Source: Sphyrna mokarran (lineage: Eukaryota). From it: a stretch of DNA of 64,000 bases. Of the stretch, positions 26,725-40,100 are shown piece by piece; the stretch's first letter is position 1; every line of letters starts with the position of its first letter. Below the pieces are notes generated by a model. It did not search any database, was not told the origin of the DNA, and worked only from the letters and a program-made list of their open reading frames with translations. Location: the NCBI GenBank assembly GCA_024679065.1, contig JAGIQG010000012.1, forward strand, positions 54,622,001-54,686,000. The letters are read 5' to 3'. The translations under genes and the position numbers were made by a program.

Positions 26725-26890
26725 CCATAAAACAAAAGACGTAGGAATACAAATAGGCCATTCGGCACATTGAATCTGCTCCATCATTCAACAAGATCAT
26801 GGCCAATATAAACCTCCACTTTCCCACCTTATCCCCATAATCCTTGATTCCCTTATTGATTAAAAATCTCTCTCAGTCTTGAGCATACTT
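26725..26890 (-). mobile_element. CR1-type LINE 3' end
   Basis: ATAGGCCATTCGGCAC.TTGAATCTGCTCC..CATTCAA.AAGATCATGGC, the reverse of the CR1 3'UTR stem-loop seen at 62090-62160. Confidence 0.75.
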
Positions 26891-27419
26891 CCCCGTGGAG
26901 ATTTATTGCGCAACAGAGATTGGATAATTGTTGTGCAGTCCTTTGGAAGGGTCCCCCAGAACATCTTTGGTGTCCTCCCTGAGAACGATGCCCAAGAGAT
27001 GGGAAATTATGAACCATTATCTATTACAAGAATTCTAGTGATAATACTCAAAATTAAGTGAATTAAGTTTCTCAACAGCATTTAACATTTTTAGTCAACT
27101 GTATGATTATATTTACCTGTCCTCTACAGAATCAAAAGCTGCTAAAATTGACAGCCAGTTGGTAAGTATTTTTGCTAATATCCACACAACAAATTATTGT
27201 TTCTTATTGTCTCCATTCTATTGTCTACAGGACCTATCTCTCTCGAAAATAAAAGCAAGTGAATAATTCTTATTAGTTACACAATTTTTACATGTGTCTG
27301 TATACATGTCTGCTTCGATATATGTATGCAAATATTACACTTAAATCTGTTATTCTTTTCAGATAGATTCTACCATTGCTTCATAATCAGTAAACTATTA
27401 TTAACCCCAGAGTTAACAG

Positions 27420-27990
27420 AAGTTTGATGTTTGAAGCTGCAGTTACACTGCCATTCTTTAGTATGAAATTCCTCTGCACCAGCCAGTGGTTGGGTGGCTT
27501 TTGTTGGTGCCACAGTGGAAGTTCTGCCTGTTCCCAGTCTGTTAGCTCCAGCTGCCTCCTGTTATGTGCCAACTTGCATGAAAGAGGGGAAGCCTATCTG
27601 AGTTTGGTGCAATCGTTTAGGTGTTGTGACTGGCATGGTTGACACCATGGCAGTGTATGCAGTTGGTTTGAGCAGTGGCCCATAGAGTTTTTCAGCAGTG
27701 CAGTCGTGGTGCATTGTGTAGTGTGTGAGACATTGAGATAGCTGATGCAATATGGTATTTCAAGATGCATGTACTGACCCCGACCGGTCTTGCGAAGTCA
27801 TTGAACTTGCAGCATTGTATCCAGGTCCTCGGGGCTACACACAGCCACAAAGAGTTGCACCCACTGTCAACTGCTTGTTCGCGGGGCCATGGGGCACACA
27901 ATGTGCACAGATAACATCTCACATTCTTTGTACTACCTTACCCTCCAGTGCAGTGCCATGATGTGCCATAATTCGGTGTTCCATTTTCTC
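27420..27990 (-). mobile_element. Decayed non-LTR retrotransposon C-terminal region (RTE/RTEX-like)
   Basis: Frame-shifted traces of L.R...G.G.....KW....C.CG...T..H on the minus strand; degraded. Confidence 0.4.
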
Positions 27991-28457
27991 ACGCTCTATT
28001 CCAATTAGCTCCAGTGCTTTCCTCAACCAGAATGCATCTTAGTGCTCACTTTTCATGATCTCTCAGATGGCCAGCCATTTAGCAGCAGGCTTAGCGCTGG
28101 TTGCACATGACAATGACTTCGACGGGCAGGTAGCACTATGTTTAGGGTAGGATGAGGAGAGGAAGGAGGGGGCTGGTTGTTGATTGGAGGTTGCGGGAGA
28201 GGATGGAGGGAGGTCCACAGCAAAAGGAGTGACATTCGGTGGCTCCCTTCATGCTAACACTGGGCCCCTAGCTCAGGCACTAAGTGCCTGACAACAAGGG
28301 ATGCTGCTACCCTCACAAACCCTTCACTAGGGAAGCATAACAAGCAAACATGACACCTCTGCACATGGCCAATTTCCTGTCTGCAGTTAAGTGGAATTGA
28401 GGTCCTTCAACGCCTGTGCTTAATAAGAGCAGAGGTGGGAAGGGTAGCAAGGTCCCG

Positions 28458-28557
28458 ATAGAATCATTGAATCTCCACAGTGCTGAAGCAGCTTTTCAGC
28501 CCATCGAGTCTGCACTGACTACTCGACATATTTACCCCGCTAATCCCACAGACACTG
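28458..28557 (-). mobile_element. HE1 SINE 3' tail fragment
   Basis: ATAGAATCATTGAATCTCCACAGTGCTGAAG...CCCATCGAGTCTGCAC...ATATTTACCCCGCTAATCCC. Confidence 0.75.
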
Positions 28558-28597
28558 GGGGACTACAATGAGGATAATCCCATTGTAGCTTCTCCTA

Positions 28598-28882
28598 GTA
28601 CAGCACAGTGGTTAGTACTGCTGTCTCATAGCTCCAGGGATCTGTGTTCAATTCTTTCTGTGACTGCGTGGGTTTCCTCCAGGTGCTCCAGTTTTCTCCA
28701 ACAGTCCAAAGATGTGCGGGTTAGGTTGATTGGCCATGCTAAATTAACCATAGTGTCAGGGGATTAACAAGGTAAATATGTGGGGTTACCAGAATAGGGC
28801 CTGGGTGGGACTGTGGTTGATGCAGACTTGATGGGCTAAATGACCTTCTTCTGCACTGTAGGGATTCTATTCTATCCTATGA
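28598..28882 (+). mobile_element. HE1-type SINE
   Basis: GCACAGTGGTTAGTACTGCTG head through CTGCACTGTAGGGATTCTAT tail. Confidence 0.88.
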
Positions 28883-29004
28883 TAGTTTGTGGCTCTGGTA
28901 TCTGTATTGTGTGGTACACAGATCATCAGAAATTTAAAAGGTGGAAGATGGATCAGTGTATCTTTTCCTACTTTTCATTTATGTTTGTCTGACTATTTCC
29001 ACTA

Positions 29005-29350
29005 AAGCACAGAAGGCTTAGAGAAAATTTAATATCAGCTTTTAAAACTATGAATGGTTTGAGGGAGGAGGGAAGTACTATTTAGCCAGGTAAAAAGGGA
29101 TCAACAGTTTGGAATTATGAGCAAGAAAGCAACAGAAAAGACTTGGGGGTAAGTTCACTACTGTTCGATTTACGACAATATGCTTTGCCATAGCGAATGA
29201 TTGAGACAGATTATTGCATCCTTTAAGGAAAGATTAGCTAAATGTTCGAAGTGGAAGATTATATAGGGTTATGGAAAGACAGTAAAGTTCATGCAGTTGG
29301 TTTGAGATTGCTGAAGCCAATACTTGGGGTGAAATGGCTCTGGGTCACTC
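29005..29350 (+). mobile_element. Highly decayed CR1 3' fragment
   Basis: AGAAGGCTTAGAGAAAATTTAATA...TTTAAAACTATGAATGGTTT resembles CR1 RRLRGDLI..FK.M.G; continues into a 3'UTR-like segment. Confidence 0.45.
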
Positions 29351-30069
29351 TACCTTAGCAGCACCATGCAGACTTTGATAGATTTCCCTGAGCAAACCAC
29401 AGTAGTGTTCGCTTTCTACGCAGCCCACCCTTCACTGAAACAGCCTTGCTGGAACAATGTTCTCCCCCATTATTTTGTACAAGTTCAAACACAACTAATA
29501 TATTCTTTTTAATGGAACATACTGAAAACTTCAGATTTTTCACCTTTACTATTTTCATCCTTTTGCTTTTTAATTGGCTTAAAAATATTTGTGGAGACTT
29601 ACAATTTTGAAGATTTTTTTGTAATTTCAAAGATGAACACTCGGGGAAAAAATAAGGAGCGACTACATAATCTCGCGCTAATCATAACTGAAAATGACCT
29701 CTGAGCATGTACTGTTAAATTATAACCTGCGCCACACACTGTATCAAAGTGCAACACAATGTTAATTTATTGGCCTAGAAAATGCCATCTGCCAAATTTA
29801 ATCATACTGACAAGATGGAGGTAGGCAGGGCACAGTAGAAACAACACAAAAGACAAACTGTCAAAATAACTGGGGTGGATTGATGGAACTTCAGCCTTGT
29901 CAATGATTATTGACCTCAAGAATAGAACATGGCTGCTGTGACTGAGAGAACGTGAAAAGCAGACCTGATGCCACCCTTTATGAAAAACAGAAAAAATAGT
30001 ATCATTGCTTTGCTGTTTAAAATATCTGAAGTCAAATAACATTGACTGGTACATTAAAAGTTGCAATGA

Positions 30070-30363
30070 GTCATAGATCACAGAGTCTCTACAGTGCAGA
30101 AGGAGGCCATTTGGCCCATCAAGTCTGCATTGACCACAATCCCATCCAGACCCTATTCCCCTAACCCCATATATTTACCCTGTTAATCCCCCCCCCCCAC
30201 TCCTCCAGAACCAGGGTCAATTTAGCATGGTCAATCAACGTAACCCACACATTTTTGTAGTGTGGGAGGAAACCCTTGCAGACATAGAGAGAATGTGCAA
30301 ACTCCACATAGTGACCCGGGGCTGTGAGGCAGCAGCGCTAACCTCTTGTGCCACCGTATTGCC
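30070..30363 (-). mobile_element. HE1-type SINE
   Basis: CTACAGTGCAGAAGGAGGCCATTTGGCCCATC tail; GTGAGGCAGCAGCGCTAACC head. Confidence 0.87.
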
Positions 30364-33200
30364 TCTTCAGGGGCCTTAGAGGTTTTTCTAGACTTTAAAG
30401 TTCAGTTTCACAACTTTACTTGAAAAATCCATCATTTTTATCCCATTTTGCCACAGAGGTCACCTATCACTCAAGCTGTGGGCTGCAGATCTTATAGTTG
30501 GTGAGATGGGGAAGTACTCCTCCAACATCATTCACAAAGCTTTTTTCATAGTTTATGTTACCTTCCTTAGTCCAGTTCCAAAATTCTATATAATATTTAA
30601 TATACCTTCCCTCTATGTTTATACATGAGTAAGCCATTGATTGAGCAGATTTGCTTGTGGGATTCTCTGTCACTGTAAATGAAGATATGTTTATAGACAG
30701 CACTTCTGTTACAATACAATGCTGTAACATCTGGTGGAATATATATTATTTCCTGACATAAGATGAAGTAAATTCAAACAGATGTGGAGGATTTACCCAA
30801 CAACAGGGTAGTAGCGTTATTCTACAGCATTGAATTCCTAATTCAGAATGAGTTCAGATTTACTCTAGAGGTTTGGGTCACTTGTACAACATTAGGGAAC
30901 ACAAATATTTGTAGAAACACTTCTGTATGTGTCTCCTCCACTCGAAGAGGACCAACTTAAGGTCAGGTTCTTGTTCAAAATACTTTCAAGCACAAAATCA
31001 GAACTCAATTTCTCAGTTTCTAACCTAAGCAGGTCATATAGGTCGAGTGCGATAATTCAACTGTGCAAGTTTACAGCATAGAAACAGAAGCCTTGGCATA
31101 TCTCGCCTGTATCAAACCTCCTTCATAATGATCCAAAGCTAATTCCACTCTGTCCAAAGTACCAAGAGAGCTGGATTCCCTCTTTAAAGAATAGAGGGCA
31201 TTTTAACCTAATCGTCCAGCAATGAAACTGAAGGGTTCATGTCGAATACCCCTCCTGATTCCTCTTTCTATTGAGAATTGTTCCAGTCCCAAGCAGGTTA
31301 GAGTTAAGCTAACACTAGGGACTTTGCGTAGCAGATGAATCAAAGCTGAGCTAGTGGGGAAGCTTGTCTTAATTTTTTTCCCTTTGCCACCCAATAGAAC
31401 TATTGAGAGCATGGAGCGGCATGGAGCAGAGAAAAATGAAAAGTAAACAAAACTGCGTGAAAAAAATCAAAATTTATATTGTCTGTTGAATGACACAAGC
31501 TGTGCCATTCTGTTGATGCACAATTAAAGGAGCATTTAGTGAGGGGCAAACTCATTCCTCAAACATTCTGGTATTTGATCGACGATGATGATTTGATAAG
31601 ATGAAGCTTTTGTGTGCAACAATGATTTTCCATTAAAGATGTTTCCGGTATGAAGCTGTACCTGAAAGCTGCAGAAAGTGCATTGATACAGCAAATTTTC
31701 TGACTGCTTCCATTGTAAAGTTAGACACCCCAAGTGTAACTTCTAAAAGGCTATCATTACATCTGACATCACCTTTCTTACTGTATATTTAGAGGCATGG
31801 ACTGTGCATCCAAGACAGAGCCAGTTATTATTACACACTTGTTTTGGAAGGTGAGATGCTTCAGATGCTCTTCATTCTTTTTATTTAGTTGTGACTTCAG
31901 TTGGCAAATGTGTTATCATGGAAAGGGCTGCGCGAATAAGCACCTCTGAAGAAATGCAGCACATGCTGAATGCTGACCTTTAGAAGCACAATAAAGTTGC
32001 AGTAACCCAATCCGAGAGGCCAGGTGCACCAGATATATAGGGTTTCTGCTTGGCTCTCAGCTGTTCTGAATTTATATGGGGGGTAGGAAAATGGTACTGC
32101 ATCCATGAGGAATTGTCTCCTGCTAATCAACACAGTGACACTTCACCGAATAGTGTTGGGCTGCGAACGCCACTTCAGAATTTAAAAAAAAGAGAGGCCC
32201 CTTAGGGAATGAGTCAAGTCATTACTACCAGGACATCTTCGGACAAAGCAGCAAAATTTAAAAAATCTTGAGAAACATGCAAAACAATTGGAATGCAGAG
32301 TTAGAAGGACAATGCCTGCACAAGCACATTTAAATCAAAAACAAAATCTTGGATGCACAATCCCACTGGAGTCTATAAGCTTCGAAATCACACTGCCATT
32401 CTATGACAATTTAATCATCAAATCTTTTTTCAGTGTTATTTGGAGATGTTCAGGTAACAAAGCCCAGTCAATATCTCATTCAGGTGAAGCTTCGGAAAAA
32501 GCCTAACAAACCTGGGCTGGCGGCCAAGCCTTTTGAAAGTGCAACAGTGACTGAGGCTCACTTAACTGAGCAAAGATTTGCTCTGTTCAGCGGAGGAACT
32601 TGACTACAGCAGAACCAGTACTGACAGCGAGGGTGCAGACCTGAATTCTAACAACGCGGTATCCAGTCTGTGTGCAGGCAACTGGAACTGGCACTCACAC
32701 TGCATGCAAAGGGCCACAGCCTTGCTCCTCTTCAGGCTCAGCTTGTTCTGAAGGCTAACATCAAGCAATTAGTATAATTAATCTGAGACAATGAGATGTG
32801 TTACCACTTATCAAATTGATTGTTCCTCCATCAAAACAAACTGAAGAAGCTTCTTCCTGTAAGGTACTGTATAATTTCACAAGATGATTCAAAATGTCAT
32901 GTTGCTGCAAGCCAATTAGAAGCACAATCACTATCTGCGGAATACATGATTTAGATTGGTTTAGCCATTCTGCTTAGCGCATTAATAGAAGTAGTTTTAT
33001 GTCTTGCAGCATTAAAGGAAACAACAAATCTGAGGCCACAATATGTTCACGTGGTGCACGGCTTTCCAGGCATATTTTAAACAGCACCAATAACCAAATT
33101 CTCATGTCAGATCTAAATGATTCAACACTCAGCATAGGCTCAATGGACTGAATGGCCACCACGTGTGCTGTAACCATTCAATGACTCTAATAGTGAAGGA

Positions 33201-33530
33201 TCATAGAACAGAATCATAGTATCCTTACAGTGCAGAAGGAAGTAATTCGGCCCATCGAGCCTGCATTGACAACAATCCCACCCATTCCCCCAACTCCATG
33301 TATTTATGCCACTATTCCCCCGACAGTAAGGGCCAATTTAGTATGGTCAATCAACTTAACCTGCACATATTTCAGACTGTGAAGGGAAACCGGAGCACCC
33401 AGAGGAAACCCACTCATACACAGGGAGAACGTGCAAAGTCCAGGTGGAGAGTGAGGCGAGGCCGGGATTGAATCCGGATCCCCTAGCGCTGTCAGACAGC
33501 AGTGCTCAGCGCTGTGTCACCGTGCTGCCC
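33201..33530 (-). mobile_element. HE1-type SINE, full length
   Basis: TCATAGAA tail to CACCGTGCTGCCC 5' end, in reverse. Confidence 0.88.
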
Positions 33531-34072
33531 CAGAGTCTGAATATTTTACACCTCTCCGCTCCATGACCCACTTCCTAGTTACGATCCAAACAGAAATGTT
33601 CACATGTTCCACATTGCAATTGTTAATGGTTTATTCCCCTAATTCCATTAAATATTAGACTGACAACAAATTTAACTTCAGTTCAAATGGGCTCCAAACA
33701 GCCTCAATTCAAAGGCACCAAGGAAATTAATAAAGATCTCCCAGTTATGTATTCATAACTTATTCATTTAGATTCAATATGCTCAATCGACATCATATAA
33801 ACTCTGAAGAGAATGGCATCTAGATTTCACCCTCCGGAAAGGAAATATTGAAATAATTTTAAGCCTCACGAGTGGCTTGGAATGGATTCACACAAACCCA
33901 AATAAGGAAATGCACTCTTGAAACAAAACTAGTGTGCGGCATGTAGTCTCCAATACTGTGGCTGAAAGGCTCTGCAAGGACCCATCACTTCAAATGCCTG
34001 CATCATACACGCTCTTAATTGTCTACTGTAAAGTGGGAGAGAGAAGCCGACACCATAATTCAGCCTGACTTC

Positions 34073-34367
34073 GGGCACAGTGGCTAGCACTGCTGCCTCA
34101 CAATCCCAGGGACCCAGGTTCGATTCCCGGCCTTGGGTCACTGTCTGTGCAGAGTTTGCACATTCTCCCCACGTCAGCCTAGATTTTCTCTGGGTGCTCT
34201 AATTTCCTCCCACAATCCGGAAGACGTGCTGGTTAGGTGCATTGGCTATGCTAAATTCTCCCTATGTGTACCAAACAAGCGCCGGGAGTGTGACAACGAG
34301 GGGATTTCACAGTAACTTATATTAATACGGTTAATGCAAACCTACTTGTGACAAATAACTGAACTTT
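34073..34367 (+). mobile_element. HE1-head SINE with alternative 3' tail
   Basis: GGCACAGTGGCTAGCACTGCTGCCTCAC A-box, GGTTCGATTCCC B-box, tail GGGATTTCACAGTAACTT...CCTACTTGTGAC. Confidence 0.87.
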
Positions 34368-35496
34368 ATTTTAATCCAATCCTCTCTGCAGCCGTCATTT
34401 AGAAGCTCGCGTAAAGTTGATGCTTTCCGTGTTACCAGTAAAGTGCATACACTGAGTTTTCTTGCTGTGTTCTCAGTTCATGCCAAGGGACTGCGAGGTG
34501 TTAAGTTCCACGGACTTTCTTTCTAGAAAATCCAAGGGTCTGTTGATATTTAGCCGCAGAGATCAAACACCACTCATGCAGGACATAGAGAGAAAATGAA
34601 AAGACATGAAGTGAACAGCGCCAGCAGACACACTGTTCAGTTTCAGTCAGACATAGCCCACTGCCACTGCCACCACCTTTCACAAAGCTAGACATCTCTT
34701 TATGTCAGAACAAATTGGGCATTCTTCAAATCATTTTTTTTTCTCTCTTCTCTCTCTTTCCCGATGACATAGGGATTCAAAGCAGGGAACAGAGCGCGGA
34801 AATGACTGTGAAAAGACAGGTCACTTCGCGGGGAAATCGCGGGATTGTTCATTACACCACAGCGATATCCTGAACTGGCAATGATCACTACTCAGCTGCG
34901 GAACAAGACAGTTTATTAAGCGGGCATGGCTGGTCATCTCACTGCCTAAAGGGATCACCATTTCACATGTGTAAATATCAAAAATAACTCCCCAACGTGA
35001 AATATCTAAGTGCCAGTGGCAGCGCACGGCACTATTAAATTTAAAAGGAAAAGCTCACATCTTCAGAAGGACCAGTGTACCCTCAGAATAAAAAAAAGAT
35101 TCTCTCACTGGGGAAGGGGGAGGGTAGAAATCCCGAGGGGGGATTTTCTACTTGCACAGCATACTGTCAGAACTCACATGTAACTGTAGCACTGATGAAA
35201 GAGCAGTCACTGTCACCAGCCACGCTAAAATACCCACTTGTTTTAACAGCCACATTTGCACCTGTGCATAGACCACAGATGTCCAATTGGTTTTCAACAA
35301 TCCAAGCTTTTTTTTTCAATACCCTTGCTCGTTTTAACAATATCTCCAAAATGTTTTTCAGATCCTTTGCTTAATTCAATAAGAATATGATTTTTACAAC
35401 TTATTTTTATGCCCTAAACATGATGGAATGTTCCCACAGTGCTTCGCCAGAGCATTATAAAACGAAGTGCAGCACTGAGCCACATCTGGAGATTTA

Positions 35497-35624
35497 AGCC
35501 AGAATTTTACCACTTCACCTGCCACGGGAATCGCAGTGGTGGGGAAACACGGACCTTGCAAAGGTCCGTGGCCTTGAGTGGGATTTTCCGATCGTGGGGC
35601 GAGCGTAGCTGGAAAATCCCGCCC
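35497..35624. mobile_element. ~128-bp MITE-like element
   Basis: GCCAGAATTTTACC...GGAAAATCCCGCCC inverted ends; internal palindrome CACGGACCTT GC AAAGGTCCGTG; reverse homolog of 47838-47966. Confidence 0.65.
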
Positions 35625-35689
35625 ATTAGGTCAGATGAGCAAAAGCACGGTTAGGAGTTCTGAGAAGTGTCTCAAAGGAGGAAAGGGAA

Positions 35690-35890
35690 GTAAACACAGA
35701 AATATAGAAAATAGGAACAGGAGCTGGCCTTTCGGCCCTGCTCCGACATTCAACATGACCGTGGCTGACCCTCTATTTCAACACCATGCTCCAGCACTCT
35801 CCCCAAACCCCTTCACACCTTTAGAGTCTAGAAACCTATTTATTCCCTTTTTAAATATATTCAGAGACTTTTACTTCCACAGAAGGCTGT
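35690..35890 (-). mobile_element. CR1-type LINE 3' end
   Basis: ATAGAAAATAGGAACAGGAG..GGCC.TTCGGCCC..CTGCTCCG.CATTCAA motif. Confidence 0.75.
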
Positions 35891-37012
35891 GGAAGTAAAG
35901 AGGCAGACAGGGTATAAGGAATACCAGATACCGGATCCCAGGCACTGGAAGGTATGACCAATGATGGAGAAATTAATTATGAGTGCACAAGAGGCCAGAA
36001 CAGATGTTGCAGAGAGTTCTGGGTTGGAGGTGATTACGGAAAAAGGGAAGGGCAAGGCCTTGGAAGAATCTGAAAACAGGTATGGGCATTCTAAATTCAA
36101 GATGTAACTTGACTGAAAGTCAATGTAGGCCAGCGAGTATAGTCATGATAAGGAAAGGAACTATCTCTGAGTTAATACACTGGCAGCAGAATTTTATACG
36201 ACTTCACGTTTACAAGTACATTTAGCCAAATTCTTAACCACAAAATCTAGTTCCGAGTACAGATTATTACTTGTGGAAAAAAAACTGGCAAGAAAATAGA
36301 GTCTGCATTGTCAAATAGAAAAAAAAATTGGGTTTGATACAGTGGCATTAGTATCAAGCAACAACATATTAATGTTGTATCAAGTTATTTGCATGTCCCT
36401 TTTAACAAACACAATTTTTAGTTATATTCTGGTATCTGTGCCAGATACATGTGCTACCCAGCTGGCTGCAAATATATCCTGAACAACAAAAGAAATAGTA
36501 CTGTACTTGTCTTTATAACGTTGATTCCCAAGGCTCACATCCACCTGCTTCCATCAAGTTTCATCAGCTCTTGTCTCTGCCACCAGATGAAATGTCACAT
36601 GAATCGCATTAGGCATTTCACTCTGGGGGGAGACAGGAGAGGAGGATAGGGAAAGGAGCAAAGGATTGGAGTGCAGTGGGGAAAAAGGGAGAGACAAAGC
36701 TAGCGACCAAGATAGAAAAAAGGAAAACAGAGTAGATACTGCAGTGTAGAGAAAAGTAAAATGGAAAGGAGACAAAGACACGGGTGAAGAGAAGGAAAAA
36801 GAATGAGAGACATACATCCTCACAGGGTTTAGGGACGGGACATATATCCACACTCATACACAGCAAATAATTAAGTGAGATTCCCTTATGTTTGTAGCCT
36901 ACATGTCCCGTCCTTTAGTTACATGCCGAGTCATAAAGGTTAAGTATATTTCAAAAAAGCAAGGGGATCTCAGTGAAAAAAAAAAGTCAAATTATTCAAA
37001 GTGAAGACATAC

Positions 37013-37148
37013 GACGGGATTCTCTGGCCGCGCTTGCCCCAAAATCAGAAAATTCCACCCAAGGTCAACGGACCTTTCCACGATCCACCTCTCGGCCACA
37101 GGCAGAACAGGAAAGTCCCAGGGTGGGCAGAACAGGAAAGTCCACCCC
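37013..37148. mobile_element. MITE-like element, same family
   Basis: CGGGATTCTCTGGCCGCGCTTGCCCC...GGAAAGTCCACCCC; colinear with 47838-47966. Confidence 0.6.
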
Positions 37149-40100
37149 ATATTTCTGGGTGAGTGAAGGTGGCTCTAGGGATTGGAGAGGAGGGGAAGGG
37201 AAGGAGGCACTGAGGGTGAGGAGTCACATACTTGAGGATTGGGCACTCAATATGGCCATTGGTTAGATTTTCAATTCATTTTTTTCTTTTTAAGCCAGTT
37301 ACATTGATCTCCTAGTTCAGACCAGCTCAAATCCCACTAGCCAAAGGACCTGGGGATACTATAATAATTTTATATTGGTTTTTACTCAACATTAACCAGG
37401 TTAGAAACATGCAAATCAATAACAATGATTTAGCTTACATTATCTCCACATAGGTAATGTAAGATATTTTATATTACTTAAGACCTATAAAAGTTATTTG
37501 AAAGAAGCACAGACATAAACAGGAGTGCTTAGTAGCAGTGAGCTCCCTGAGATCTCATTAATAACCTTAAAGCAGTTCAGTCCTGTTCATTACAAATATA
37601 TACAGGCTTCCAATAACTCATGACTTTTACGAATTAGGTTGTTGCTTCCCCAATTCGTTCAGCTGACAAGTGCACTGACCACACAGACTTAGAAGCTCTG
37701 CCTTAAACAGTTTCAGAAGGACTTGTAGAAAGCTTCAGCATTCTTGGGCTAGAAAGGGGAAATGCTCAGTTGGAATGCCTGACGTATGTGTCCAGTGACT
37801 CCATATGGAAAGTGCCCGTGTGCAACTTCCCCATGTTGCAACAGCCTGCTGACATTCACTGTTCCAGCTCACATACTAAGAATAGCCACTTTAGCAAGAG
37901 ACCATAGGCTGATGTTACATGTGAAACTGAACCGTATCTTCATTTTATGCCTTCAGAAAATCTGCTCAATTATAAACTCCATCAAACGATATCCAACAGA
38001 TTGATCAGAATATGATTTGTCCCTTAAAGCTAATCAATCTAGATTAGTACAGTGGTTGCCGGGAGGCGTGCGGTAATAAACTGGCAGACTCTCATATGGT
38101 GGGGGTGGGGGTGGGGGTGGTGGTGGTACAAGGCTCAAGTACCAGCTTTGAATGGCATTTTTGACTCCCAGGCCAAAACTCAATTGGTTCTTCAGCAAGT
38201 CAGTGGCTATGGTCCTCAGCAACTCCATCTTATTTTTAAACAAATTGGTCGTGGGTTCCAGGCAACACCACCAAGTACATTTCTTGTTAGCCGACGCAGA
38301 ATGACAAACACAGCTGCCACAGAGGTGGCAGCAAAGATAGGAGAAATGTACGGTGACAAGAATTTCCATTCAAAGCCGCTCATTTGGTCTAAAGTCTCAC
38401 AATACACAATTACTTACGATTAAGACAGTTCCAGCTGATTATTTTAGGAATCGAACTCTGTCAATTGCTATAATCGGAACAGATTTCACCGCATAATTTG
38501 TTTGAAAAATGGCACAACTCGCTACATTTCCTTCCATGCAGATGGAAACAATATATTAGTAGTTTTGCAGAATAAACCCTAGTTTATTTAGATATATTGA
38601 TGCCCTTTAGTCATCTCATAAACAAAAGACCAAAAAAAATTGTATTTTGTGCTTTATTACAACAATCTGAACACTCTTTTGAAGAATAAGATCAGAACAA
38701 CCAGATCAAATGACTGGGCTGTGCTGCACTACGTCTGTGGCAGCATGCTCGATAACAAGTCAATTAATTGATTAAATTTCTGTTGATTAAAATGTTTCAA
38801 TCAATTATAATCAATTAATCGTCACAGACCTACTCAAGATAACCTATGGATCATGAACGCATAATAAACATGTAGGACACATATGTGCATGAAATACAAA
38901 TAAAAATATTTCAACCCATGCTCACGCACGCAGTCCAAAAGCAAATAAGATTAACTATTTTTTTCTAAACCACAGACAAATGGGCTTAAGGGCTACATAA
39001 AAATCAGGAATGTGAAACCTACACAATACTTAATCATCTTTTGTGATTACTCAATAAGGATTAGCACTAGAGAAATGTTCAATATTACATTTCCTTCTCG
39101 TATGCATTTTTATTTACTTTGGGTAATAACTGACATCTTTAATATCCAGAAATATGGAAGAAGTGTTTTAAAGAAAGTTAACAAGTGCAAATTTAGGCCA
39201 AATAAAATGCCCCAGCACGCAAATAATACAATATCAAGTGCTTTACATACAGTCAAAATTACTGTCGAAGATGGAAAGGCTGAGTTCCTCGCAGGTTTTT
39301 TTGAACATAAAGTCCCAATAAGAAGATCAGCACAATATACTGAAATAATGGAATATTCATCCTCCTAATCCATATGCAATTCTTCAGGAGCAATGAATGT
39401 GAGGGATGCCTGTATTCAGGATTTAAATAAGATGTCTTTCTAAAACATACAGTTATCATTTCTGCACCATCGCACTCAATATGACAAGGTTAGCATTTTC
39501 TTTTCAGCTGAAATGAAGGGACCACAATGCAGTGTTGTTTTAAACAAAAAAAAAAAATTTTTAAACGTTACATTTGTCAGTGAACTGAACATCTAAAATA
39601 ATGTTTGGCCCCCATTCATTTTTATTACAATATTTATATATTATTAAATCAATATATCGAATATCAATATCAGGTACAGATGTTTGCCAGGATATTGTAT
39701 GCTACTGAGCTAGATCATTTGCTGTACTCTTGCACCTTTAATCCTTCCTGGATGAATCAGGTTGCAATCAGCTCAACAACCCCTGCAGAAAATAATGGGG
39801 AATGCTGAAGTCCTCTAAGACTAAAATGGATCAACCAGTGATCATAATATTGCGCTAAGGCTATATGCAGTACTAACAGAAAATTAACCCGTCAAGTTTG
39901 AATTGCTGGTTCTGCCCATTTACTTTACTTGCAGTAAAGGTTAAATGTCCAAGGGATATTCATCAGTATTACATATGAAACAGTGCAGCAGGTGTCCGTG
40001 GGAACGCAGCACTTAAAATTCTTGTTTTCATTTTTGTTTTGTCTGTACGTTACACAATGACTATGGTAGTTTGGGCAATGTCCATCCTTTAGGAAATCGC

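Larger units (their letters stand above)
35390..36215 (-). mobile_element. L2-like LINE 3' relic interrupted by a MITE (35497-35624) and a CR1 tail (35690-35890)
   Basis: Segments ...GAGCCACAT.TGGAGAT|TAGGTCAGATGAGCAAAAGC...CAAGAGGCCAGAA...GGAGGTGATTAC are homologous to 41525-41642 plus 46570-46780. Confidence 0.55.

Noticed and set aside
34073-34135. tRNA gene (A-box and B-box present)
   Set aside because: Continues directly into a SINE body; all tRNA-like sequences in the window are SINE heads.
37059-37067. CCAAGGTCA ERRE-like site inside a MITE
   Set aside because: Not retained in most other copies of the family; expected by chance.
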